A stretch of DNA of 64,000 bases from a phage. Positions 47,377 through 57,331 of this stretch are shown in pieces (position 1 is the stretch's first letter; every line of letters starts with the position of its first letter). The stretch lies in sequence record PZ445530.1; one strand, written 5' to 3'. The position numbers were made by a program, and so were the translations under genes. The notes under the pieces were generated by a model. That model worked only from the letters and a program-made list of their open reading frames with translations. It did not search any database and was not told where the DNA came from.

Positions 47377-48187
47377 ACCTGGTCTCCAAAATGTATTGTA
47401 GTTCTTTCTTACCTATACTCTTCATTCCAGCAGTCTTACCTGCTTCTTCTTGAAAAGAAGAATAGCATTCAGCAAACACTCTGTCAACACCGTTAACTAA
47501 AGATTTTATGAAATATGTTGATTCTTCAGATTTTGGGTCATCATCCCCCAATACTTTTCCAGCATTATACCCAACACGTCTTACACAGAAGTCGTAGTCA
47601 TCTGGTGTGCTAAAAGAAAATAACTTATTCTCTCCAATCTCTACAGGATCCCTATTGCACGCCTTTTTCTCCCAAATTTGGAAAACACATGGCACGTCAT
47701 AAGGTTTGCCATTAAGTAAAAACGAATTCTTAGGGCACCTTTCGCTGTAGACAAGGTGCATCGACATGTCCAGTTTGTTTGCAAAAAATATTTTTTCAAA
47801 TGTCCGTGGCAAGATGAAGGCTATAGCCCCTCCAAGCTCTAGCAATGATGCACAATGGTTAAAGAATTTGCAAGCTAAGGATGAATTCTTGCCAAATGGT
47901 GGGTTACCTATGAAGACATCTGCCTTGGGATGCACCTCCAAGAAGTTTGCCTGAATGCACGGTGTTGGTCCTTCAAATTCAGGATCTGGTACTAAATCGT
48001 ACGACAGTATCTCTGAAAATAGTTTTGAAAAAGAACCCCTTCCAGCAGAAGGCTCAACGTATGCACAATTCCCATACTTATCTTTTACTTTACCAACAAG
48101 ATATTCTGCATACTCAGGGTTTGTGTAGTATTTGTCGTTGGACTCTTTCTTGCTCAAAGTGCCTCCAAAAGGAAAAGGGAGGCGCAA
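47339..48187 (-). CDS. DNA N6-adenine methyltransferase (NPPF type)
   Basis: Catalytic motif FIGNPPFG. Confidence 0.6.
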   Translation of the reverse strand: MRLPFPFGGTLSKKESNDKYYTNPEYAEYLVGKVKDKYGNCAYVEPSAGRGSFSKLFSEILSYDLVPDPEFEGPTPCIQANFLEVHPKADVFIGNPPFGKNSSLACKFFNHCASLLELGGAIAFILPRTFEKIFFANKLDMSMHLVYSERCPKNSFLLNGKPYDVPCVFQIWEKKACNRDPVEIGENKLFSFSTPDDYDFCVRRVGYNAGKVLGDDDPKSEESTYFIKSLVNGVDRVFAECYSSFQEEAGKTAGMKSIGKKELQYILETRYDQKHRLDQRTY

Positions 48188-48202
48188 GCCTCCCTATAAT
48201 TG

Positions 48203-49186
48203 TTAGATTATCTGAATCAGGGTATTTTTCATTTCTTCTCTGGTGCGGATGTTGTTACGGTCACGAACAACAGATCCACAACCTTCGCAGCGGTATGTTT
48301 TAAATGCACTCAGTTGAGTATACGCCAAAGCTTCTTCCTCGTGAAGGTGTTCTCCACCACAGCGTGGGCAACGAACTTTTGGCTCCTCATCCTGGTAGTA
48401 CAATGACATGTTGGGGTGCTGCTTAGCAAACGGGCGAGCCAGCAAATACAGGCCTTCCAGAGATAGGATATCGCCAACATTGTACTCCCGCATCTGTTTA
48501 AACGCCTCAAGATCACCGTGAACACACTTGATCCACATTTCAAATGTGTGGTCAATCAGTTTCTGTCGGGCAAGTTGGAAGTATTTGCATGCATACTCCA
48601 AAGTGTTTGCATTCAAACGGAATGCCTTCTTGATCATTTTAAGGGTGTCAACCTCTTTGTAGGGGCTTGTTGGAGGCAATCCGTGAAATGCAAATCGTTG
48701 GTTGGCCCACCCACAGTCAAAACCTGAATTGTGGGCTACTGCGACATCACATTTATCCAGATAATACCACAAATCCTGAATCAATTCGAGATCATTGTGA
48801 ATATCCTCATCCCACATTTTGTAATCAGGAAGAGCGCAGTCAACCACACTAGGACTGTCTAACCACTTACCTGCGAAAGTTAGCATGTAGGGCATAATTT
48901 CAATACCGCAGGTTTGAATGTTGGTCTTATAGTGCCCAAAGAACCAGCCGTTTGTTGGAGATGTCTCTGTATCATACACCCAAACTTTAGCACCTTTGTG
49001 CTCTTCAAGGAAGCGCTCCGTTGCTTCTCCTACAATCTCTGACATATTCTCTTGTGCACGTTTAAGCTGTAGTCGGATCCAGCTCTCACGTGACTCACGG
49101 CCTAAAAATTCACGAGCAATTTGTCTATTAGTGTATCCCTGTTGCTTTAGTGTTAAAATTTGCTCAAGAGTTAACTTTGTCATCAT
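48203..49186 (-). CDS. DEDD-family 3'-5' exonuclease with N-terminal HTH and C-terminal Zn ribbon
   Basis: Exo motifs VYDTETS, AHNSGFD, YNVGD; HTH-like QQGYTNRQIAREF; CPRCG...CEGCG. Confidence 0.55.
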   Translation of the reverse strand: MMTKLTLEQILTLKQQGYTNRQIAREFLGRESRESWIRLQLKRAQENMSEIVGEATERFLEEHKGAKVWVYDTETSPTNGWFFGHYKTNIQTCGIEIMPYMLTFAGKWLDSPSVVDCALPDYKMWDEDIHNDLELIQDLWYYLDKCDVAVAHNSGFDCGWANQRFAFHGLPPTSPYKEVDTLKMIKKAFRLNANTLEYACKYFQLARQKLIDHTFEMWIKCVHGDLEAFKQMREYNVGDILSLEGLYLLARPFAKQHPNMSLYYQDEEPKVRCPRCGGEHLHEEEALAYTQLSAFKTYRCEGCGSVVRDRNNIRTREEMKNTLIQII

Positions 49187-49198
49187 CGTTAAGATTCC

Positions 49199-49420
49199 TT
49201 AGTAAAACTGAAGAATGTCTTTTAAAGCGAAGTCACGATATTCGCCCTTGTCTACATCGAAGGCACGCATCAACCACTGCTCTTCTTTATGATACTCTGT
49301 AGAGCCAAACCATAAATTAGGCTCAGTAACGCAGCGATCTGCAACAACACCTTTCCAGTTACGGTATTTCATCCTGATCAGGACTGAGTCGCAAGGATTG
49401 AATACCTTTTTCATCCCCAT
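49199..49420 (-). CDS. hypothetical protein
   Basis: ORF, overlaps upstream gene end. Confidence 0.35.
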   Translation of the reverse strand: MGMKKVFNPCDSVLIRMKYRNWKGVVADRCVTEPNLWFGSTEYHKEEQWLMRAFDVDKGEYRDFALKDILQFY

Positions 49421-49964
49421 AGAAATCTCTCTCCTCAGTTTTCTTTATAAACTCCTGCATGTAGGACTCAATAGCCTCATGCTTGGTGCACTCTGGATTA
49501 ATGACAAGATTGAGATCTGATTCTGCTCGTGCAATAATCGTAGCTTTAGAGCATCTCCTCAAGAACTTTGTCATATCATCTCTGTAGTTTTTGTGGAGCG
49601 GGAAGTCGCTGTAGTCTTTCTCCAGATAGTCAGCCATCCGGCGCAACGCCTCTGATAAACTGCAATCTGTATACTCGTTACAGTATTTCATCCAGTATTT
49701 AAGCACATACCCCTCAAAGGTATTAGTGCACTGAGACAAAACACCCCTGCAACGACCAGTCAGATGATCATGATCTAAACAAGGCTTACGAAGTGGCTCG
49801 CACAAGATCGGATCAAGACCATCCTGCTCCTCTGACAATTCTTTTCGAAAGTTGGCTATGTCCTTAGAATCTTTTAGCCACCCGCTATGAACGGGGGCTT
49901 TGACAGCTTTCTTTCTTATTTTACGCTTTGCGATAACCCCTCCAGATGCGCCCTGCCTATCCAA
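49359..49964 (-). CDS. Endonuclease VII-like Holliday junction resolvase
   Basis: T4 Endo VII-type motif CLDHDHLTGRCRGVLSQCTN. Confidence 0.7.
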   Translation of the reverse strand: MDRQGASGGVIAKRKIRKKAVKAPVHSGWLKDSKDIANFRKELSEEQDGLDPILCEPLRKPCLDHDHLTGRCRGVLSQCTNTFEGYVLKYWMKYCNEYTDCSLSEALRRMADYLEKDYSDFPLHKNYRDDMTKFLRRCSKATIIARAESDLNLVINPECTKHEAIESYMQEFIKKTEERDFYGDEKGIQSLRLSPDQDEIP

Positions 49965-50545
49965 TAAGCATCTGCGAGATCGGCCTTACCTTGTACCAAA
50001 TTGATCCCATCTAGGAACCCTGGTTCAGATACTTCGCAGGCCTTAACCATCAACTTTTTATCCATCGTAACAGGTTTCTTCACAGTATGCTCTTTACCTG
50101 TCTTTTTGTCAAGCTTTTTCTTCTCCTCAAAAGCAAGTTCTTCAGGAAGATGACTACGAGCAAACTTTTTGGCAGTTGTTGGTGTCACTGTGTGAACCTT
50201 AAACAGGCCGTCATTTTCACAATCAGCTAAAGCATCCCAAAGCATAACTTCGAGACCGTAAAACAACCCAGCCAGTTCACGTGTGGCATCCCCGCGAGAT
50301 CCGAAGGAAAGTCCTTCCATAACCACGGTGTCAACTCCGTGCGTGTGGATATAATATCTGACCTGTTTGCAGATCCAGTCAATACGCTCAGCAGCTGTTG
50401 CAAAAGAAACCGTCCCTGGTTTCTTCTCTTTTGCAGATGAGCTTTGAGTTCGTAACACAACCTTATGAACAGGCTTTCCATCGTCCCATACAACGCAAGC
50501 TGTGTGTGTCAACGACTGGTCTATGGATAATAGACGCTCTCTCAT
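49916..50545 (-). CDS. RuvC/RNase H-fold nuclease-like protein
   Basis: N-terminal SIDQSLTHTACVV resembles RuvC-like resolvases; weak. Confidence 0.35.
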   Translation of the reverse strand: MRERLLSIDQSLTHTACVVWDDGKPVHKVVLRTQSSSAKEKKPGTVSFATAAERIDWICKQVRYYIHTHGVDTVVMEGLSFGSRGDATRELAGLFYGLEVMLWDALADCENDGLFKVHTVTPTTAKKFARSHLPEELAFEEKKKLDKKTGKEHTVKKPVTMDKKLMVKACEVSEPGFLDGINLVQGKADLADAYWIGRAHLEGLSQSVK

Positions 50546-50877
50546 ACTTCCTCATCCTCCTCTCCTTCATCAGGAGCATAAGCCTTATCTTTGAACAAGA
50601 CGAGAGAGCAAAGCTTAACATCTGTTTCCACACTGGTGAACATGCATAACCGCTCGCCCTCAATCAGTTCACAATCCTCTTTTAAAACAGCAGACCATAC
50701 ACGGTCATCTGCGTAATCATCAGTGTACAGGATGTATGAAATGGTGTCATCTTCATACAACCGCCACATACCTGTGGCAACAACGAATGTATTTTTTGTT
50801 TTAAGTGTCCCTGTTGTATGATCATCCTCAAAAACAGCTTCCATAATTGCACTATCTACAGAATTTTTAGTCATCAA
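50542..50877 (-). CDS. hypothetical protein
   Basis: ORF. Confidence 0.4.
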   Translation of the reverse strand: MMTKNSVDSAIMEAVFEDDHTTGTLKTKNTFVVATGMWRLYEDDTISYILYTDDYADDRVWSAVLKEDCELIEGERLCMFTSVETDVKLCSLVLFKDKAYAPDEGEEDEEV

Positions 50878-52013
50878 ATTGCTCCAACATTTCTAAGAAC
50901 GTTAACAAGTTTTGTTTGATCATTGAATGTTCGCTTCATATACAAACAGTCAAAAATTATACTCATCCATTGACCTACGGAAATTCTACGATCAACACCA
51001 TTGAAGTCAGTATACTTAACAACACCTTTCGGGAACCACTTCTTGTACTGATCAATAATAGCCACCCACATCTCCTTTGGAGTGCTGCACTGAGACAGTA
51101 GGTAGAATGCTGAGGCATCCCCGAACTTACCCTTACCGATAAGTCCTTGATACGGCTTGATATTGTCGGCAGAGTCACCACACAGCATTTGGTATCCGAA
51201 GAACAGCATTCCGTAACCACCAACCTCTCCATTAGGCTTCATGAAGATGTTCCCCATACCGTTATCGATCAGCATAGGGGTTTCCCTTACAAAATCTCCC
51301 TTATCGTTTCGCATGGGATCGAACACAAGCCCCGGCAGTGTTCTTTGGTCCTTATCAATAGAGATAATAAACTTGTTGAACTTACCTGTTTTTTGGTAGT
51401 GGTTCCAACCTTCAAATTGCTGGATAGCTAACCAGTCGTCAGCCTCGATACCGTTGATCACTTGAGCATTATACTGCTTTTGGAGATACTGTCTTGCATC
51501 TCCAAGCAGCAGTGGTCGAAGAGTATTGTTACGGTTGGCTTTATATCTTTCCGGCATGGGAAGATCTAGTCTGAAATTACCTGTGCCTCCAAGTACCCCC
51601 ACGCACCGATCTTCCGGAATACCGAGATAATTAAGGACTGCATTAGCTTTACACTTAATTGTGTGCAAGCAGTTCTCTACAGGATCAGGGGTTTGGATAT
51701 CCAAGACATCGAAATCTTCTCGTGTCCACGGAATAAACTCCTTGCCAGCCTTTTTACATGCAGCTTCACGGTTGGTATTCTCAGCTTTTAACCAACCACC
51801 AACGGTGTTCTTCTGCCGCCCCCAGAACTCTGTTCGTGTTTTAAACATCTTCTTACGTCCGGAGGCTTTGTGTGTTACCTCAATTGTCCTTTTTTCACAA
51901 CTTGCTGCAGCTTGATATGCAACCTGATCGAAGTCATAATAAACTATAGCGTCAGGTTCAAGAAGATCAGCCAGACAATCTATGGACTCAATAAGTGGAT
52001 ATTCTCTACTCAA
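50874..52013 (-). CDS. 5'-3' exonuclease / flap endonuclease
   Basis: H3TH-type motif MLCGDSADNIKPYQGLIGKGKFGDA; acidic motif GIEADD. Confidence 0.7.
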   Translation of the reverse strand: MSREYPLIESIDCLADLLEPDAIVYYDFDQVAYQAAASCEKRTIEVTHKASGRKKMFKTRTEFWGRQKNTVGGWLKAENTNREAACKKAGKEFIPWTREDFDVLDIQTPDPVENCLHTIKCKANAVLNYLGIPEDRCVGVLGGTGNFRLDLPMPERYKANRNNTLRPLLLGDARQYLQKQYNAQVINGIEADDWLAIQQFEGWNHYQKTGKFNKFIISIDKDQRTLPGLVFDPMRNDKGDFVRETPMLIDNGMGNIFMKPNGEVGGYGMLFFGYQMLCGDSADNIKPYQGLIGKGKFGDASAFYLLSQCSTPKEMWVAIIDQYKKWFPKGVVKYTDFNGVDRRISVGQWMSIIFDCLYMKRTFNDQTKLVNVLRNVGAI

Positions 52014-52314
52014 AGACCCTCCTGTTAGTTATTCTGCAAGATGGTTGGATGCTGTAATGGAATGCATCATCACTCTCTGCAATAAGTGACTCAACATCCC
52101 AATACTTTTCAAAAAGGAACGGATTAGACCCCCAGTGGTGGGTTATTTTCATCAAGGAGTCTGATATCATATAACCACAGATCTTAATTACATCGCCAGG
52201 TTGAATTGTGTTTTCATGAAGGTTGCTTGCCTTCTTCAGAATCATACCTTTATGATTCTCGTTTGCATACAACTGGACAATATCTTTATCTTCAACAATA
52301 AAAATTTTAAGCAT
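52006..52314 (-). CDS. hypothetical protein
   Basis: ORF. Confidence 0.4.
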   Translation of the reverse strand: MLKIFIVEDKDIVQLYANENHKGMILKKASNLHENTIQPGDVIKICGYMISDSLMKITHHWGSNPFLFEKYWDVESLIAESDDAFHYSIQPSCRITNRRVFE

Positions 52315-52373
52315 ATCTAGTTCTCCTAGTTTATAGATATCTGACCGATAATATCAGATTAATAACACTTTTG

Positions 52374-52667
52374 TCAAGACTTTTTGGTCTTTCTTGGAGA
52401 GCTTTTTGTTGATCTTTTCCTTTTGTGGTAGATTCCAAGTGCAGCGTTTTCTTGGGCGCACGTTTTAACAGTTCTCAGACAAGAACTTTCAGCTTTAGGC
52501 AGGTTTAACTCCCACCAACCAAGCCAGTAAAGTTCTGATTCAGACAACTGCTCAGATTCAGCCTTCCGATACAAGGATTGCATACCTCTGATGATGTCGT
52601 CCAGAGGTGTATCGAATACAAAAGCTGTCTTATCAAATTTCTCTTTTAAAGGTTTCTTAGCCATCAA
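52374..52667 (-). CDS. hypothetical basic protein
   Basis: ORF. Confidence 0.4.
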   Translation of the reverse strand: MMAKKPLKEKFDKTAFVFDTPLDDIIRGMQSLYRKAESEQLSESELYWLGWWELNLPKAESSCLRTVKTCAQENAALGIYHKRKRSTKSSPRKTKKS

Positions 52668-53121
52668 GGTAACCCTCTATCCACGAAAAGTCAGTCTTCC
52701 ATTCTGGAACTTTACTAAGCTCACGCCACTCTGCAAAGCAGTCTCGGTAATACGCCTCTGCCATACCCTTGGTGATCTTATTCACCTTAGCCAACTGACT
52801 AACTGCCTGAGCATACTTTCCACGGATATTTGCTAACCCAGGATGCACAGATGTGTGACAATCTGGGCACAACGCTATCAGTCCGACAAGCCGGATCACT
52901 CCCTCTTCGAAAGTGTAAAGTTCATGACACTCCACTGGGTGTTTGCTGCCTTTACCGCCGCACACCTCACAGGTGTAGTTGGCTTCTCTATAGCACTTCT
53001 TGCGGATCTTATCCCACTCACTCTTCTTTACAGCGTTTCGGAGGTTATTATACCAAGCTGTTTCTGGGATCAGTTGCACAATAAGCCTGCGTTCAGACTT
53101 CATTAAACGTCCGTCTTCCAC
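52657..53121 (-). CDS. Putative HNH-type zinc-binding endonuclease
   Basis: CEVCGG ... HPVECHELY ... CPDCH pattern. Confidence 0.45.
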   Translation of the reverse strand: MEDGRLMKSERRLIVQLIPETAWYNNLRNAVKKSEWDKIRKKCYREANYTCEVCGGKGSKHPVECHELYTFEEGVIRLVGLIALCPDCHTSVHPGLANIRGKYAQAVSQLAKVNKITKGMAEAYYRDCFAEWRELSKVPEWKTDFSWIEGYLDG

Positions 53122-53130
53122 GTATCCCCC

Positions 53131-53337
53131 TTATTCAAAGAAATGGGTGCGAGGGCAGGAACCTGCCTCGCCTTGTTTCACAAGCTCGTAGAGCTCACCT
53201 TGGCTTGTCTCATAAAGGCAAATACGTTTACCATTGTCCCGATATACATCGACAAGATACGCTGTTTCACCTGCAAACACGACACCACAGGCCAGACATG
53301 CTGCCATGAACAAAATTGCCAACAGAAAATCTTTCAT
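53131..53337 (-). CDS. Small lipoprotein
   Basis: Signal peptide with lipobox-like LAACLACG; 68 aa. Confidence 0.5.
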   Translation of the reverse strand: MKDFLLAILFMAACLACGVVFAGETAYLVDVYRDNGKRICLYETSQGELYELVKQGEAGSCPRTHFFE

Positions 53338-53405
53338 GGTTAAACCCTCCCTAACATTGTATGAGGTAACAATACCACGTCCGTGTGGTCATGTCAATGA
53401 TACTG

Positions 53406-54104
53406 TTACAATCTTTCAGCAAGAGCCTTTGCGTAACACGCTTCAGCAGACTCTTTGGTGTCAAACCTGCCTAGCGTTTTTCCTCTGAAAGTTACTTTCC
53501 ATTTGCCCCTATCTGCTTCAAATCTGACACCTCTAGATTTATCCCTCCCTAAAGGCTGTCCACGATATTCCCTGACAAACGTGCCACTTTCAAAAGACTT
53601 TTGAGCAGCAAGGGCCTCTTCTAAGGTATCGTATTCTCCTAGGTCTTTCTTATAGTAATGACCTACCTTACCAAAAGCAGCATACCTTCCAGTTCTAGCA
53701 TGAAAATATACACCCAAGTGTCCAGTGTTAGATTTAGGTATCTTGCGTGCCAGGCATCCGTCATCTGCCGCCTTTTTTGCGTTTTCTTCTGGTGTTAACA
53801 GTTGTAGGTTTTCTATCCTGTCATCAGCAACACCATCGGAATAGAAAAGTGGCTTTATGTGATCAACTTCGTACCCTTCTGGAATTGGTCCATAATGCAT
53901 CTCCCACACCAATCTATGCCTGTAGTAATGCACGCCGCGATAGATTATATCCCTGTACCCGTCCATGTTAGTACATCCAGCCTCCTTTCCCATCAGTTGA
54001 GGTTTGTTTTTTGGTGGGGACTTCCAAAACAACCTTCCAGTGCCTGTATCGTATCTAAAGACACTCCACCAGTCAATCCCGTTACTCATCTGTAACAACT
54101 CCAC
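53406..54104 (-). CDS. HNH homing endonuclease with AP2-like DNA-binding repeats (free-standing)
   Basis: HNH motif EVDHIKPLFYSDGVADDRIENLQLLTPEEN; two AP2-like repeats. Confidence 0.8.
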   Translation of the reverse strand: MELLQMSNGIDWWSVFRYDTGTGRLFWKSPPKNKPQLMGKEAGCTNMDGYRDIIYRGVHYYRHRLVWEMHYGPIPEGYEVDHIKPLFYSDGVADDRIENLQLLTPEENAKKAADDGCLARKIPKSNTGHLGVYFHARTGRYAAFGKVGHYYKKDLGEYDTLEEALAAQKSFESGTFVREYRGQPLGRDKSRGVRFEADRGKWKVTFRGKTLGRFDTKESAEACYAKALAERL

Positions 54105-54570
54105 CTGCCTTCTTAAAGATCTCCAGCATCTTGTCTATACTTTCTGCTCGCTGATTGTACAGCTTTCCAGCCCCTGGCGGTGGTGGGAAGCTTGCCCAGC
54201 GGCTGCGGCATTTATAAATGGCCTGATGAATACGCCCTTCATCAATGTCGGCGAGAGCCTTGCACTCACGGATCAGTTGCAACGCAATCTTGTCCTGACT
54301 GTCAGGGCCAAAATCTGGTAATCCTAACTGTTTCATGTAGTGTTTAGCAAACTTCTCCAAAACCTGGTAACGCCCAGCAGCGGAGGAGGTAAGTTTAGCA
54401 TTTAGCTTAACGTAAACACCGGGATGCTTGCTGTAATCGCTGAACAGCTTGCCTCCGACTATGACATCGTACCCCCGATCCTTGGTAGGTTGTCTACCAT
54501 TATCTGTGCCTTCCGAATATGCGATCATATCCAAGAAAGCTTTTCGTTGAACATTTTTATCAAGTTTCAT
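54082..54570 (-). CDS. Endolysin, lambda R-like lytic transglycosylase
   Basis: Close match along length to lambda R (NVQRKAFLDMIAYSEGTDNGRQ, GYDVIVGG, AGRYQ, KQLGL). Confidence 0.9.
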   Translation of the reverse strand: MKLDKNVQRKAFLDMIAYSEGTDNGRQPTKDRGYDVIVGGKLFSDYSKHPGVYVKLNAKLTSSAAGRYQVLEKFAKHYMKQLGLPDFGPDSQDKIALQLIRECKALADIDEGRIHQAIYKCRSRWASFPPPPGAGKLYNQRAESIDKMLEIFKKAGGVVTDE

Positions 54571-54694
54571 TTTTCATACTCTCCAGTTTACTCATAACTA
54601 ACCCGATCAACAACACTGCATAGTGTGGTTATGTAGGTGCCAATTGAAAAACCATCATTCAATTGGCTACCGTTACCTACTGAACCTCCCTACA

Positions 54695-55978
54695 TCATTC
54701 CAGCACCTCCCAAGTGTCTGGGTTAACATTTCGGACGCAGATACCGACAGGGAATTGGTAGTTGTTGTCTTCTGTCCTTGCTTGATATTTGAAGGTGACA
54801 AACTTGCCGATCATTTCCTGCATCCTGTCATAGCTACGCTCCTCGTGCGTGCCTTTCATCTTCATTTTAACAACAACACCTTCCTTGTCAACACAGATAA
54901 GAACACCTTCATCATTCTTATCTTTCTCAACGTCAATAACTTTCACCTCTGCGTCGTTGAACTTTTTCCATTTCAATGCTTCAGATGTTCGCTGACCATA
55001 CTCATATTTACCACAGAAGTTACGCATAATGGTACCTTCATATCCTTCAGACATAAATATACCAACAGACTCTTCGCACCGATCAACCGTATATGCAAGC
55101 TCTGCATCAACAACCTTAATATGATCAAGCATCAAAGAAGTAATAGCACCGTTTGCCTCCATAAGATCCTTACAGCGACCAGACTCTGTTTCAGGATCCC
55201 ACCACACCTTATCGCTAGGAATATCGAAAATATGATACTCTAAGTCGTAGCTGCAGTACCCTCCGTAACGCAAATCATCACGAACAGGCTCAACATCAAC
55301 AGGAATGTCCACCTTGTTGAAGTTTTTGTATGTTGCTAAACCTGCTTTAATCGCAGCCTGACGGCGTTTTTTATCTGCCTTGTAGTCTTTATCGATCTCG
55401 GCCTGAATTTCTTCCTGTGTGCGCCACCGTTTAGCAAGAGACACTATTTTCTGCAAAGGAAGACCATGAATGTATAGTTCCCCATCAAGTTGTTTAATCC
55501 CAGTGGTAGAATGGAAAGAACGAAGTTGCTCTAAAAGCTTTCCTTGAATAGGGTAGGACTTATTACCACGGGAAATAAATTTAGGCTCACCATTTTGGAA
55601 AACAACAAGCAGACGAAGGCCATCTAACTTACGCAAGATCCAGCAAGGTAATTTAAGTGCCTTGCCACGCTTCAGGTAGTCATGCACCAGCATGGGTAAA
55701 AGATCAACACCCTGCTCGCAATCTTCCATGTTTTCAACATACCCCAGACGGACTTGTTTTTCCCACTTGCTGATAGCCTCAAGCTCGGCCTGTTGCTCAG
55801 CTGTAGTCTCGTTGGCACGACCTACGTTCTTAGGTGTGCATACCGTCTCTTTGTACTGCAGTTTACCATCAAGCTTGCCAAACTCTACGATAACCTTATC
55901 ACCATCCGTGAATACTTTCCACTGTTGGTAGCTGCCATCTTTATTCAGTGCGTACAGTGTTGTTTTGATCTGATGCAT
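54695..55978 (-). CDS. ATP-dependent DNA ligase
   Basis: Nucleotidyltransferase motif I KLDGLR (KxDGxR); size about 430 aa. Confidence 0.75.
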   Translation of the reverse strand: MHQIKTTLYALNKDGSYQQWKVFTDGDKVIVEFGKLDGKLQYKETVCTPKNVGRANETTAEQQAELEAISKWEKQVRLGYVENMEDCEQGVDLLPMLVHDYLKRGKALKLPCWILRKLDGLRLLVVFQNGEPKFISRGNKSYPIQGKLLEQLRSFHSTTGIKQLDGELYIHGLPLQKIVSLAKRWRTQEEIQAEIDKDYKADKKRRQAAIKAGLATYKNFNKVDIPVDVEPVRDDLRYGGYCSYDLEYHIFDIPSDKVWWDPETESGRCKDLMEANGAITSLMLDHIKVVDAELAYTVDRCEESVGIFMSEGYEGTIMRNFCGKYEYGQRTSEALKWKKFNDAEVKVIDVEKDKNDEGVLICVDKEGVVVKMKMKGTHEERSYDRMQEMIGKFVTFKYQARTEDNNYQFPVGICVRNVNPDTWEVLE

Positions 55979-56247
55979 TACTCGGCCTCTTCCTTAAAAA
56001 TTTTAAACATCTCTTCTTTACTCATTACCAACCAGTCTCCCATAAAGTCAACTAGCCAATCCCCCTGGTACAAGACAAGGTTACCAAAAGGCTCGACAAG
56101 CTCACACATGCGACGAAGATCTCTGGTCCGAACAGGTGACGATGTAAACACACCTGTATCAATCCACCGTTGCAGATCAGATACTGATGAAGAGCTTCCG
56201 TCAAACTGATGTGCTTCTACAGGTTTAGCAAGATTAAATAACGGCAT
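55978..56247 (-). CDS. hypothetical protein
   Basis: ORF. Confidence 0.4.
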   Translation of the reverse strand: MPLFNLAKPVEAHQFDGSSSSVSDLQRWIDTGVFTSSPVRTRDLRRMCELVEPFGNLVLYQGDWLVDFMGDWLVMSKEEMFKIFKEEAE

Positions 56248-56542
56248 TGCAGTCCTCCTTCTGTAGTAGGTCTTTTATAGGATAAACAAGTAAGTGTGGG
56301 TCGTAATAACGTATAGTCCTATTCTGCCACACTATGAACTTTATTACAACCAAATTTACAATATCTTTATCACCATGTAGCCCAACACACACATTTGTCC
56401 ATATTTTGTGGTTGAAGACCTTGCTATCGATGTAGATTTTAGTGTCAAACTTATCTTCCATTCTACCAATAAGTTTGATCAGCTCCTTCATCTGGTCGCC
56501 AAACACAGCATCTTTTTCAAGATCTCTGGAATGCTTGTACAT
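56234..56542 (-). CDS. hypothetical protein
   Basis: ORF. Confidence 0.4.
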   Translation of the reverse strand: MYKHSRDLEKDAVFGDQMKELIKLIGRMEDKFDTKIYIDSKVFNHKIWTNVCVGLHGDKDIVNLVVIKFIVWQNRTIRYYDPHLLVYPIKDLLQKEDCNAVI

Positions 56543-56604
56543 AACTGACTACCTCACTGCATACTTTCCATAATAAGTAAAGCCGGGTAATCCCGGCTAT
56601 GTTG

Positions 56605-57318
56605 TTAAATATACTCTGTTACATCCTTGAAGCTCGAAGGCTTCATAATCTTACCTTTACTGTCAAGGAATATAATAACTTTATTGCCGTTGTAGAACTC
56701 CTCTTTAGCAACGAAACCTTCGTAGCGACCACCAAAACGACGCTCAAGATCTTTAATCTCCAACTCGATGAGTTGTTCAGCAGGCATATCTGCACTGGCA
56801 CCGTGTGAATGCCGTAGATGGTTGATCCGTGCAAACTTACTGTCATTAGATTTTAGAACCTTCCGCATCATCCCACACACATCCCCGCTAAGCTGGAACA
56901 GCAAAGCTGTTGATAACTCCGCTAGTCGGTAAGCTGACGCTCTTTGCTTGGATGTGTTTTTCGCAGCGATCAGTGTATCATAGAACTCACCGATCTTGAA
57001 CTTAAGACCTCGCGGATTATCAAACAGGTTTGACCACTTTTCGTGGTTATCATTAACAAGATAAGCTGCATAACTTGTGACAACGTGAAGATCGCAGGCC
57101 TCTTTTAGCAGGTGATCTCCACCATCACCTTTCTCCAGCTCTTCCAAAACCTCATTGAACTCTTCCTCAATGAAGCTAAGCTGTAATTCGAATGGTGTGT
57201 ATGATTTTTTCACTTTAGCTGCCACACGGTTCCAGTTTTCCACCCAGTTGGCAGACCAAAGGTAGTTTTCAGGCTGGGACAGTTTTTCCAGGTTGTCGAT
57301 CAGTTTAGTATTCAGCAT
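56605..57318 (-). CDS. hypothetical protein, possibly MazG-like NTP pyrophosphohydrolase
   Basis: Acidic FIEEEFNEVLEELEKGDGGDHLLKEACD resembles EExxE motifs; weak. Confidence 0.3.
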   Translation of the reverse strand: MLNTKLIDNLEKLSQPENYLWSANWVENWNRVAAKVKKSYTPFELQLSFIEEEFNEVLEELEKGDGGDHLLKEACDLHVVTSYAAYLVNDNHEKWSNLFDNPRGLKFKIGEFYDTLIAAKNTSKQRASAYRLAELSTALLFQLSGDVCGMMRKVLKSNDSKFARINHLRHSHGASADMPAEQLIELEIKDLERRFGGRYEGFVAKEEFYNGNKVIIFLDSKGKIMKPSSFKDVTEYI

Positions 57319-57331
57319 TAAAGGTCTCCTT

